The translations under genes and the position numbers were made by a program. 13,219 bases of DNA from Fonticula alba ATCC 38817 (taxonomy: Eukaryota; Protista; Nucleariida): assembly GCA_000388065.2 (NCBI GenBank), contig KB932212.1; one strand, given 5' to 3'. Shown here piece after piece: positions 1 through 9,494 of this stretch. Numbering within the stretch: position 1 is the stretch's first letter; every line of letters starts with the position of its first letter. The notes beneath the pieces are model-generated. The model had not been told where the DNA came from. It made no database searches and worked only from the letters and a program-made list of their open reading frames with translations.

Positions 1-28
1 CCCCCCACGCACACGCACACACGCACAG

Positions 29-835
29 CCATTCCATACGCATCCGCAAGATGAGCACCGCGGTTTCCTCCGCATCGTCCTCAACCATCTCGTTTGTTCG
101 TCTCTCCCCCTCCCTGCCCACACCCTCCGGCGCCACATCGCTTCGCTCCCCGGTGACACATCTAACCTCACACCTACATCTACACGCACACACACACACA
201 CACATGCACGCAGGGGGACAATGCCGCTGCGGCCAGCGACGCCGCTGCGGCGGCCCTCGCCGCGGCCAAGGGCTCCAGCCGCCTGGCCACCACCATCGAG
301 GTGACCTTCGTGCAGAGCCTGACCACCACGGCCGACAACCTCCGGGCCACCGGGGCCAGCTGCACGGCCACCATTGCCTCCTTCTCCTCGACCAGCACCT
401 ATCGCCACGACCCCAACCAGTTCCGCTGGTCGCGGTACCCGGTGTACCATGACTTCCTGCGCAACGCCGCCCAGGTGGCCGGGTTCCTGAGCGGGCGCTG
501 CGGCGACCTGTTGGCGGTCTTCCGGCGGCTGTCCCCGGCAGCCGGGGCCACCGACGAGCCGGCCACTTCCGCCCCCAAGCGCCCGCTCTTCCTGCCGGTG
601 CATGTGCTCCACAGCCTGGAGAAGCACGCCAAGGAGATGTCCTTCCTGGTGCGCCCGCCCCGCCTGCCATCCTCCGATGGGCCCCGGGCAAGCCGCGCCG
701 CGGCCGGCGGCGTGAAAAGCCCGGCCTCCGCCCGCCCGCCCGCTGCTCGCCCCTGCTCACCACCCCTCCCTCACCCTTCTCCGTCACTGATCACCACCAC
801 CACCACAAACACAAACACAAACACAAACACAAACA

Positions 836-876
<41 letters not shown>

Positions 877-3800
877 CAGCCACGCTCAGACCTTCTCGCA
901 TACGGCCTGCGCCCACATCAGCGAGCTGGGCATCTTCGATGATGTCGGCGTCGGCCTGCTCCTGGCCCGGTGGCATACCCTGGCCCAGGCGGCCACCCAG
1001 GCCCTGGTCCTGATTGAGCACTTTGCCTGGCTGCTGGATGCCCGGCTGCCGGATCTCACCACCAAGCAGCTGCCCGGGCTGGCCTCCCCGGCCGGGCCCT
1101 ACACCGCGCCGGACTTCTCCCCAGACGAGCTGGCCCTCATGTCACCCGGGCTCAAGTCCCCGGCCATCCAGGCCTTTGTGTCGTGGTCGCGCGAGCGCCG
1201 GCAGACCACCCTCCGCGAGCTCGAGCGCCAGAAGGAGCTCCTCCAGCAGTTCATGCAGCAGACCGCTCGCGACGAGGCCCTGGAGGCCCCGGTCGACGAG
1301 GAGGACGACCACAATGACAAGGAGCTCGACCCCCTGGGGAGCCTGTCCCCGGGCTGGGCCGTCGATGGATCGGCGCCGGCCGGGCCCGGGGCCGACCTCG
1401 ACAGCGACTCCGACGCCGGGAGCATCCTCCTGCAGGAGGTCGACTCGGACTCGGACGCGGACGCGGACGCGGACGCGGGCGCGGGCGCCGACTCGTCCCC
1501 CCAGCCGGGCCCCCGGCCGGCCGGCCGGCAGCCGGCGCCCATCCCCACGCCGGGCAGCCCGCAGCCGGGCGCACTGCCATCCACCGACAGGCTGGCCGCC
1601 ACGCTGGCCGCCTCGGAGGTCCCCCACGTCGAGCACATGACCTACCTGCATTACCTGTCGCAGCCGGACGTCGCGGCCTTCTGGCAGCGGAACTTCGGCT
1701 GCCGGACCTTCGAGGTCCACTGTGTGGACTTCGTGGAGGCCCTCTCGCGCGAATGGTTCTTCCGCCTGCTGCTGGCCGACACCCGGACCAACATCCTGGA
1801 TGCCGTTCGCCAGCGCCTGGCGGCCGACTATTGCAGCACCCCCCGGCGGGTGTCCATCTTCCGCTTCGAGCGCCTGACCGCCGAGCATGGGCTCTTCCCG
1901 GGGCTGTTGCTGCTCCTCCGGGCCCCGGATGCGGCCCCGATGCCGGAGCTGGCCCTGCTGCAGTTGATGCCGGGGCACCTGCGCGCCGGGCGCCTCGAGC
2001 GCCTGACCGGGGCCTTCATCCGCCTGCTGGGCAAGCTGGAGTCCATCTCGGCCACCTCCCTGACCACCCCGATCACCGAGGCCGAGAAGCAGGCCATCGC
2101 CGACACCCTCGGCAGCGACCCCTTCCCCACCATCAGCACGGTGCTGAGTGTGCACCCGGAGCCGGCCCCGCTGGCTCCCTTTTCCCAGGTGGCCGTGCCG
2201 GCCTCCTCGCCCTCCATCTCGACCATCATCAATCGCTCGCAGCAGTCCGGCTCCGGCGCCGGCGGGTCGGCCATGGGCCCCGGCGGTGGGTCTGCCCCCG
2301 GACCCGGGGGGACATTCCCCCCCGGGCCCGGGGGCGGGGGTGATGCCGCCGCCGGCGGGTCGGCCTCCTCCGGCGAGCTGGCCGAGGTGCTGGACTTTTC
2401 CGACCTCTCACCGCACCTGACCCGGCAATCGTTGCAAATCGACGAGGCGGCCCTGGACCCGGCGGCCATTCGCCAAGTCCCGGTGGAGGATCTCCCGCAC
2501 TTTTTGCACCACTTCCAACAGCGCCTGGCCCTGATCGACTGCGTGGAGGCCCGGCTGGATTCCTTCCACCTGCAGCTGCGGCGGCTCGTGCAGCAGGTCC
2601 TCCCCGGGCCGGATGCCGGGACCCCGGTGCGGAATTCCCTCATGCGCATGTTCAGCATCGCCAAGTTGCCGGTCTACCTGGCGCACATTCGCCTGCACGC
2701 GCGCTACAACATGGCCCTCCTGCGCAGCAACATCCTGGCCACGCATGCCCGGCTGGAGGCCGAGAAGGCCGGCCTGCCGGCCCCGGTCCCGCTGGACCTC
2801 TTCGCCGACACGGATACCCTTTCCACGGCCCGGGCCAGCGATGGGCTGGCCTCCGGCATGGGCCCCGACCCGGGCCACGGCCAGCCGGACCCCGCCACGG
2901 GCCACATGTCGGCCGATCGCATGGACCAGGTGCTGCTCTCGCTGCGGGACCACATGCTGGCGGCCACGACGCCGATGCGGGAGCTGGCCCGGCTGGCCCC
3001 GGCCGCCGGTGGGGGGGCCCCCTCCGGCGCCGGGCCCACCCTGGCCGAGCTGCAGAGCCTGCGCCTGCGCCGGCATCCCGGCGTGGCGGATGCCCGCGGC
3101 GCCGGGAGCCTCTTCCGGTCGGACGGCCCGCTGAGCGCCAGCCTGGCCCCCATCAACTTCGAGTACAGCTCGGCCGGCCTGCGCACGCACGAGCACCAGG
3201 CCATTCGCCGGCTGGTGCGGTTCATGGAGGACAACCCGGCCCCCGGGCTCGGGGACCCGATCAAGGTGGCCGAGCGCTTTGACCACCTCCCCCGGGGGGA
3301 TGTGCACTTTTACACCCGGGCCTCGTTGGTGTCCATGCCCCGGGCCCTGCCCATGGTGTCGCAGGTGTTCCTCTTTTCGGCCGGCATCGGCTTCCACCGG
3401 AGCGTCTTCCCGGCGGCCGCCAAGCGCATCCTCATCCCCTATGCCGAGATCGCCACCGTGGCCCGGGTCAATGTCATCCCCACGCGCCTGCATGCCCTCG
3501 ATGTGACCCTGCAAAATGGCCAGCGCTATTCCTTCGCCAATCTGGAAAACCGCGACGACATCTACACCCTGATCTTCTGCCGGATCCGTCGCATCAACCA
3601 GCTGAATCACCGGGACTTCATGCTCTACAGCTCCGGGCTGCTGGACTGCGTCGAGGTGTTCGAGCACCAGCGCTACTCCACCCTCAATGGCTACTCCGCG
3701 GCGCACCTGCTGGAAACCGATCCGGCCGAGTTCACCGATGTCCTCGGCCAGCCGGTCATCATCGGCCAGATCCGCTCCGCCGGCGGCGCGTGGCACTGGA

Positions 3801-3904
3801 TCACCCCCTGGCAGGTGGACGACGCATTCGAGTCCCAGGCCGACGGGTGGATGGTACGTGCTTTGTAGGCTTCCTCGCGGGGGTGGGGCCCTTCTGCCGG
3901 GGGC

Positions 3905-3937
<33 letters not shown>

Positions 3938-4418
3938 TATGGCTGGAAGAGGAACCTGCGCCTGCCATCCCCCCTTTGACGGAGCTCACCTCGCCCTGGA
4001 ACAAGCTGGCAGGGGGGAGAGGGGCGCACTTTTCTCCAAACTCACCGACCCTCCCTTTCCGCCCCCCTCATCTGTTGTCCCCCCCCCCCCCCCCATACAC
4101 ACGCACACAGTACGCCACGGACTTCAGTGCCAGCGCCTCGTGGGGCGAGGAGTCCCTCAACACCATGGTCCGCCGGCGCCGGCACTTCCGCAAGATCCTT
4201 CGTCTGCCGACGGCCAAGTCCGGTGCCATCATCCGCGAGTGCGTCCCCTTCCCGTTCGCCCCGCCTCCTGCCCTCCCCCTGCCTGTCCCTTTCCCCCTCC
4301 CCCGACGACCCAACTCACCCTCATCCATGCCCCCCCCCCCAGGCCCACCTCCCACCGTGACATTCAGCTGTTCAATGACGTTGGCAAACCCATTGGCTAC
4401 TTCCAGAACGTCAAGTAG
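29..4418 (+). CDS. 5'-partial multi-exon gene: large protein with Cbl-type EF-hand-like region, helical/coiled-coil regions, GRAM domain and C-terminal DysF domain. Exons 29-91, 214-648, 875-3853, 4111-4238, 4343-4418 (1226 aa in window)
   Basis: All introns are GT-AG with matching phases (0,0,0,2): 92-213 (GTTTGT..cacgcAG), 649-874 (GTGCGC..acacAG), 3854-4110 (GTACGT..acacAG), 4239-4342 (GTGCGT..cccAG). The spliced frame is stop-free to TAG 4416-4418 and has strong G/C at third codon positions. Splicing rebuilds the DysF motif 'DGWM|YATDF...VRRRRHFR'. The 63-nt first exon and the last exon are less certain. Confidence 0.85.
795..872 (+). repeat. Compound microsatellite (ACC)n-(ACAAAC)n-(AC)n ending at the acceptor of intron 649-874
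   Basis: Directly visible: accaccaccacc, acaaac x about 6, then (ac)n, then AG. Confidence 0.95.
1658..1900 (+). other. Cbl-N2-like (EF-hand-like) domain within gene 1
   Basis: DVAAFWQRNFGCRTFEVHCVDFVEAL...RRVSIFRFERLT resembles, from memory, c-Cbl [25 protein letters not shown]...DYISVFEFDIFT. Not confirmed by HMM. Confidence 0.6.
3290..3590 (+). other. GRAM/PH-like domain within gene 1
   Basis: SQVFLFSAGIGFHRSVF...RILIPYAEIATVARV...ALDVTLQNGQRYSFANLENRDDIYTLI follows the GRAM pattern G.LYls...lcF.s..f....~.Ip..eI..v.k......ai.i.......y.F.sf..rd..y.ll. Confidence 0.75.
3650..4190 (+). other. DysF (dysferlin/Pex24-Pex30/TECPR1-type) domain within gene 1, split by intron 3854-4110
   Basis: VEVFEHQRY...D..EFTD...WHWITPWQVD...DGWMYATDF...VRRRRHFR matches the DysF hallmarks FEnQR, W.W...W.vD, GW.YA.dF and RRRRW.R. 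Confidence 0.8.
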
Positions 4419-4447
4419 ACTCGCCCATGCATCTGGAATGCCGTGGA

Positions 4448-4448
<1 letters not shown>

Positions 4449-4482
<34 letters not shown>

Positions 4483-4630
4483 TATAGACACATGTTTGCA
4501 TGCCCGAAAAGGGATCCATGCGGCAGATTCTTCGCCACAGAGCGATCCCATCTACCGAAACAGAGGAGGGGGGGGGGGGGCGGCGAACGTGGGGGCCCCG
4601 GCTCCCCGGGCCCCACACACACACACACAC
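4449..4630. repeat. Two (CA)n tracts and a G homopolymer in the 223-nt spacer between the convergent stops of gene 1 and PRMT5
   Basis: (CA)n at about 4449-4479 and 4615-4630; G run at about 4570-4580. Confidence 0.9.
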
Positions 4631-4641
4631 AGGCCCACGCG

Positions 4642-5450
4642 CTATGAGCTCGCCAGCAGCATGCTGCAGCTCCGGCCGCCGGAGTTGTGGATCTGCCCCA
4701 CCACCGGGGCCAGGAGGGCCCACTCATACCAGACGGCCGTGGCACTGGACCGGCGCCACACCTGCAGGGAAATCCGGTCCCCCGGGCGCACGTCCACCGG
4801 CGTGCGCAACGGAAAGAAGCAGGGGAACCAGCTCTCCATGTCGGGGGAGTGCGTTCGCGGGTGGGTGCTCATGTGCACCGAGCCGAAGAGCGTACAGTCA
4901 AAGTACCCGGCGAAGCCGGTCAGCGATGCGGCACACGTGCTGGTGAAGTGCAGCACCGTGTGCCGGTCGTTGGTGTGCAGGCGCCGGAGCCGGTCCGGCC
5001 CCGGGCCCCGGCCCGGGTCCCCACCCGAGGCCCCCTCGGCCGCATGGCCCCCGGGCAGGAAGGGCGACGGGTGGCGGAAGTGAAAGACCGCCCGCGGCCG
5101 GGCCAGCAGCATGGTATTGCGCAGCCGCACCACATAATGCGTCTCCAGCCACTTGGGGTCCAGGGGCTTCTCCTTGGCCGCAAAGCCGCGGATCTGCTCA
5201 TGCAACCGGGGGGAGGTCACCGGAGCCAGGTGCGATGTGTAGCAAGCCGGCACGCTGATCCCCCGGCCATCCGGCCGGAGGACCGCCTGCGCCGCGTCCA
5301 GGCACTCCGGCGACAGCTCATTATCGCCGAAGGACCCCAGCAGCTCGCTGACCAACACGTCCACCGGCGCCGGCGGCCGCCAGTCGCGCATGTCCCCCCC
5401 AAAGACCGTCACCGCAGAGCCCCATTCGTTCCGCGCGCGGTCATGAAGGC

Positions 5451-5485
<35 letters not shown>

Positions 5486-6588
5486 CACAGAGTGAGTGTC
5501 ACCGAGGCGGAGAAGGGAAACCGAGTTTGCGAAGGAAGGGGGCAGGGAGAACGGGGAAGGGAGATCCCCCGACGCACGTCAACACGGCGTTGGGGTTCTT
5601 GTCCAGCGCCAGGACACTCACCGCGCGGCCGGACCGCGCGGCCGCCTGCAGCGTGCAGTTGACCAGCGGCCCGCGGCCCGCGCCGACCACCGCCACAACG
5701 ATCGGGCCCCCGGCAAAGGAACCGAGCCCGGTCTCGAGCGCCTCGGCCTCGGCCTCCGGCCCCTCGGCAGCCCAGTCCTCCAAGCACCGGCAGGCCCCCT
5801 CGCCAAGACACCCCCACTCGGTGTGGGTCTGGCCATTGCGCACTCGGTCGCGCAGGGCTTTCGCCCGGCCGGGAGCCAGCCCCGAGTATTGAATGGCCCG
5901 CGGGCTCGGATGCCCGGCCGGACCGCGACAAGTGCAGGCCCCCGGGTCGCCAGACTGGCAGACCGCCGTGGCTGTCGCCGCGGCCATGGCGGCATCCGCC
6001 CCGCACACGCACTCCCCCTCGCCGATGCGCCGGCCATCCTGATGCATGTACCGCGTGAAGGCCAGCAAGGCCTGGTAAATGGCCTCCTCATACAGCTGGT
6101 ACTTGACCGGGTCATTTTCAAACACCTCGTACGTCTGCGAGTCCAGATGCTCCTTCAGCGGCTATCGCGGGCAGGGGGGGGAGAGAGGGAGAGAGAGAGA
6201 GAGAGAGAGAGGGAGGGAGAGAGAGAGAGAGAGAGGGAAGGCAGGCCAGCGGGAGGTGAGGACCGGCATGTGCGACCGCGTGGCAAAAGAAAAAAAACCC
6301 GGAAGGGGGAAAGGAAACACCCCGTTGGGCCGATGCAACACCGCGCACCTGCAACGGAGCCTGGAGGAACTCATTGTACGACCCGAAAAGGGCATCGCCA
6401 GCCGGCTGGTCCGGGATCGACCGAGCCAGGTGCCGCAAGTACGACACATACAGCTGGGCATGCCGGCTCACGGCTTCCAGGCTCCCGGGGACCGAGCGCA
6501 TGGTGTCCTCGGAGTCCGGCCGTGCGTCCAACCGGCCACCCACCAGAAAGTGATAGTTCGTTCGCTGCGGCCGAACACCCGTCCCGGC

Positions 6589-6654
<66 letters not shown>

Positions 6655-7866
6655 GGCCAAGGGAACCGTCAGCCGACACCAGGACAAGAAAAAAAGATCC
6701 CACCAGCAACCCCGGCAGCGCACCACCATCACATCCTTCAGGAAGCCCTGGTGCAGGCGACTCAGCACCGGGAAGCCCCGCTGATTCGCCATGAACAGAT
6801 CCGCGTCCAGGTGAAAGGCCTTGACCGGCTCGGCCAGCCACCGGAGGAGGCTCACCTCGCCGGGCAGATCGGCCGGCACCTCCAGCGCCAAGTTCAACCG
6901 CGGATGGAAGTCACAGAGAGTGCGCAGCTGGTGCCACCAGTCCCACGGGTCGTCGACATCGCCCTCGCCATGGCCAGTGCCGCTGCCGGTGCTGGCGCCC
7001 TCGCCATCGTCGCTGTCGAGGCCGCGCATCTGGGGCTCGGGCCCGGCCGCCGGGGCCATCGGCATCCGGACCCAGATCTGCGCATGGCGGCGCGTCAGTG
7101 CTTGTGAACATGTGGGTGGACGGTCCCCCCCCCCCCCCCCCCCCCTGCCCTCCTCCGGGCCGTCACCCACTAACAAGACCAGGGCCTGCCAGCCAAGCGG
7201 GACAGCCGCGCACCTGGAAGGCGCCCGGGCCCTCGAGCGCTCGGGCAATGCACGCCGCAAACCCGGCCACTGCCTGGCGATTGAAAGGGCACGGGACAAT
7301 GACCGCCGGGAGGCCAATGTGCGCGGCCCAGGCAAACTCCTGAGCCAGCAGGCGCTCCGAGTTGACGACACCATCGTGATCGGCCTCCTCGTCGAGGAGA
7401 TCCAGGTCGTCGGAGAGGATGCCCACCAGGCGCGTGGACCGGACTGCAAAACCGGGAAGGAGCGCGCGCAGGGAGCGGGGGCAGCAACAGGCCGAAGCGC
7501 GTGAGTGCCAAGGTCAGAGCCGGGGTCAGACGCGCGCAGCTCCACGCACCATCGGACCCGACCGCCCGGTCGGACTGCGCGAAGCAAGCCGGTGCGTCAA
7601 CATTCACCCCGGTGAAGGTGCGCCGGTGCGAGGGGTGCGAAATGGGAGCCGCCAGGAAATCGAAACTGGTGCCGGGACATGGTCAGCTGGCCGCAGGGAA
7701 CGGAGGTGGCGAGGGAGGGCGGGCGGGCGGGCGCAGACAACGAAGAGAACAGGGCCACGAAGAAGCAAGCTGAGTCGGACCCGCTCTGAAGGGCAGCCGT
7801 GGCCGCGGGGCCCAGCTCAACCACATGGCTGAGTTCCAGACCGAAAACCGTGTTCGGATCGGCCAT
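4642..7866 (-). CDS. PRMT5: Protein arginine N-methyltransferase 5 (type II PRMT; Skb1/Hsl7 family). Exons 7866-7781, 7665-7550, 7443-7214, 7077-6724, 6564-6349, 6161-5578, 5449-4642 (2394 nt, 797 aa)
   Basis: Six GT-AG introns with matching phases. Motifs: GFDF, [78 protein letters not shown] (SAM motif I), DKNPNA, GDMR, VSELLGSFGDNELSPECL (double-E loop), GFAGYFD, SWFP. Confidence 0.97.
5450..5484 (+). repeat. (GTGC)n tetranucleotide repeat; on the - strand (GCAC)n runs into the acceptor of PRMT5 intron 6
   Basis: Directly visible; the - strand reads gcacgcacgcacgcAG|C. Confidence 0.95.
6175..6240 (+). repeat. (GA)n tract forming the polypyrimidine tract of PRMT5 intron 5 on the - strand
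   Basis: Directly visible. Confidence 0.9.
6590..6652 (+). repeat. (CA)~30 microsatellite in PRMT5 intron 4
   Basis: Directly visible. Confidence 0.95.
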
Positions 7867-8033
7867 CGGGCGGAGAGGGGCTGGGGGAAGGCGCGAGAGC
7901 GAGGCAACAAGGGAGAGAGGGGGGGAGGGGGGCCAGATGGAGGGGTGGGGATGTGTGCCGGTCGCCCGGGGCTCCGCCCGGCGCGGGGCCGGTTCTACCC
8001 TCTTGCCCTTCCCCCCTGTTGTTGTTGGTGGCG

Positions 8034-8052
8034 CGGCGGCGGCGGCAGCGGC

Positions 8053-8088
<36 letters not shown>

Positions 8089-8090
8089 CG
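8034..8090 (+). repeat. (GGC)n trinucleotide repeat upstream of the PRMT5 start codon
   Basis: Directly visible; about 170-225 nt upstream of ATG 7866. Confidence 0.9.
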
Positions 8091-8290
8091 GCGCGCGGGC
8101 GTCTTCCCGGGGAGGTGGGCCGGCAAGATCGTGCAGGGCGCGCGGGCCACACGGCTGGAGCTACCAACGGACTGGCGGCCGATCGGCCGGGCGTGCCGCC
8201 AACCGGCGGGGGGAGAGAAAAAAAAAAAAAAGAAAGGGCCAACCGCTGGTGGACATCAAAACGCAGGGCGCGCGTCTGTAAATGGGAGTG

Positions 8291-8296
8291 TTTATT
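8291..8296 (-). terminator. Candidate AATAAA polyadenylation signal of the antizyme-like gene
   Basis: + strand TTTATT at 8291-8296 reads AATAAA on the - strand, about 465 nt past the TAA (including the gap and duplicated segment). A T14 run follows on the - strand (8231-8218). Confidence 0.5.
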
Positions 8297-8519
8297 TTCC
8301 TGGTGAGGGGTCCCCCCCCCCCTCTGGATATGCCTCGTCTTGCCGCCCTGGGCACAAAAAAGAGGAGAGGCAGGGAGGGAGGGAGGGAGAGAGAGAGAGA
8401 GAAGACACGGCAAAGAGACACACTGCCGTCATGCGCGTGCATCGCTACTGCAGACTTGTGTCTATGCGCCAGCAGTTACGCTGTGCTCATGCGCGGACGC
8501 GGGGGAGGGGGGGGGGGGG

Positions 8520-8599
8520 NNNNNNNNNNNNNNNNNNNNNNNNNNNNNNNNNNNNNNNNNNNNNNNNNNNNNNNNNNNNNNNNNNNNNNNNNNNNNNNN
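8520..8599. other. Assembly gap (80 N)
   Basis: N run. Confidence 1.
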
Positions 8600-8759
8600 G
8601 AGAGAGAGAGAAGACACGGCAAAGAGACACACTGGCGGTAGGGCGGTGCTGCGTTAGTGCAGACGTGGGGTTATGGGCCAGCAGTTGCGGTGGGCCAGCG
8701 CGGACGCGGGGGGGGGGGGGGGGGGGTGCACCTCGGGCGGGGGAGCAAGGGCCGGCAAA

Positions 8760-9456
8760 TTAAGAGCCCATGTGGATGAAGGAGCGGTTGACATTAATGC
8801 GGGACTGAGCGCGGTTGATGCCGAAGACCATGTCAGGGCAGATCTCCCCGTCGGCGATCTTCTTCATCACGGCATAAATCAGCCGGCTGACGGGCTCGGT
8901 GCCGATGGGCGACAGCTGGCTCGGCAGGTGGAACTGCGCATCCACCCAGCCAGGCCCGGGGGAGGGGGGGGGGACAGGAGGAAGGGGGGGAGAGGGAAAG
9001 AAGGGAGAGTCAGGGCAAGGGAAAAAAACAAAGAAGAAAGGGGGGAGACGCGCGTAGCGGGGGAGGGCCCGGGGCGGGGGGGGGGGGGGGGGAGAAACAG
9101 AAAAGCACACGACGCACGGTCTGCAGCCAGTGCGCATGGTACGTGTCGATGACGAGGTCCACGGCCATAGGCTCCGAGGCGGAGTTGAGCTCGGCAATCT
9201 CCTCCGAGTCGGCGAAGAGCGTCAGCTTGGGCAGGTCGCCGCCGAAGATGGCGAAGTCCAGCAGAGCCTGCAGGGCGGCCGACATGCGCGCATAGCACAG
9301 GCGCTTGTCGGTGCAGCTGTCGGTGCGCGGGTGGAAGGACGAGTCGACATCGATGAACGAGAAGTATGTGGCGCTGACGACATTCAGGAAGGCGACCACC
9401 GGCTCCGGCAGGAGGAAGGGCGTGACCACGCGCCGGCTCAGGGGGTTGGCCATCTG
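8760..9456 (-). CDS. 3' exons (9456 or 9453 to 9118; 8933-8760) of a probable divergent ornithine decarboxylase antizyme (ORF2 region; 169 aa from Met at 9453)
   Basis: Intron 9117-8934 is GTGCGT..gcgcAG, phase 0; stop TAA at 8762-8760; strong GC3 bias. MSAALQALLDFAIFGGDLPKLTLFAD aligns gap-free with the remembered S. pombe antizyme segment LKEGLVAIIDLAVDRLHCSKLVLFVD. VIDTYHAHWLQTFHLPSQLSP...LIYAV aligns with human AZ1 LLRTFSFLGFEIVRPGHPLVP...MAYTF. The exons are well supported; the family call is from memory. Confidence 0.65.
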
Positions 9457-9494
9457 CTGTGGCAGGAGTCAGTATGGTAGATAGCGCCATCCTG

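Noticed and set aside
51-452. ORF 51-452 as a separate gene
   Set aside because: It runs through the intron 92-213 microsatellite and is out of frame with the supported exons.
1441-1490. (GACGCG/GACTCG)n hexamer array as a separate repeat element
   Set aside because: It is in-frame coding sequence for the DSDSDADADADAG acidic linker of gene 1.
1099-3796. Long antisense and alternative-frame ORFs over gene 1 (e.g. 2408-3796 -, 1142-2155 -), and similar ORFs over PRMT5 and gene 4
   Set aside because: Shadow ORFs expected from high GC3 codon bias; low-complexity translations with no motifs.
7817-8763. ORFs across the PRMT5 to gene 3 intergenic region
   Set aside because: Built from GGC, A, GA and G repeats and the N gap; no coding signal.
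8400-9471. Selenocysteine at the in-frame TGA 9471 with a SECIS in the 3' UTR
   Set aside because: The context PY*LL fits no selenoprotein family I know. The two AUGA motifs near 8430-8490 lack a convincing helix II with a GA quartet and apical AA.
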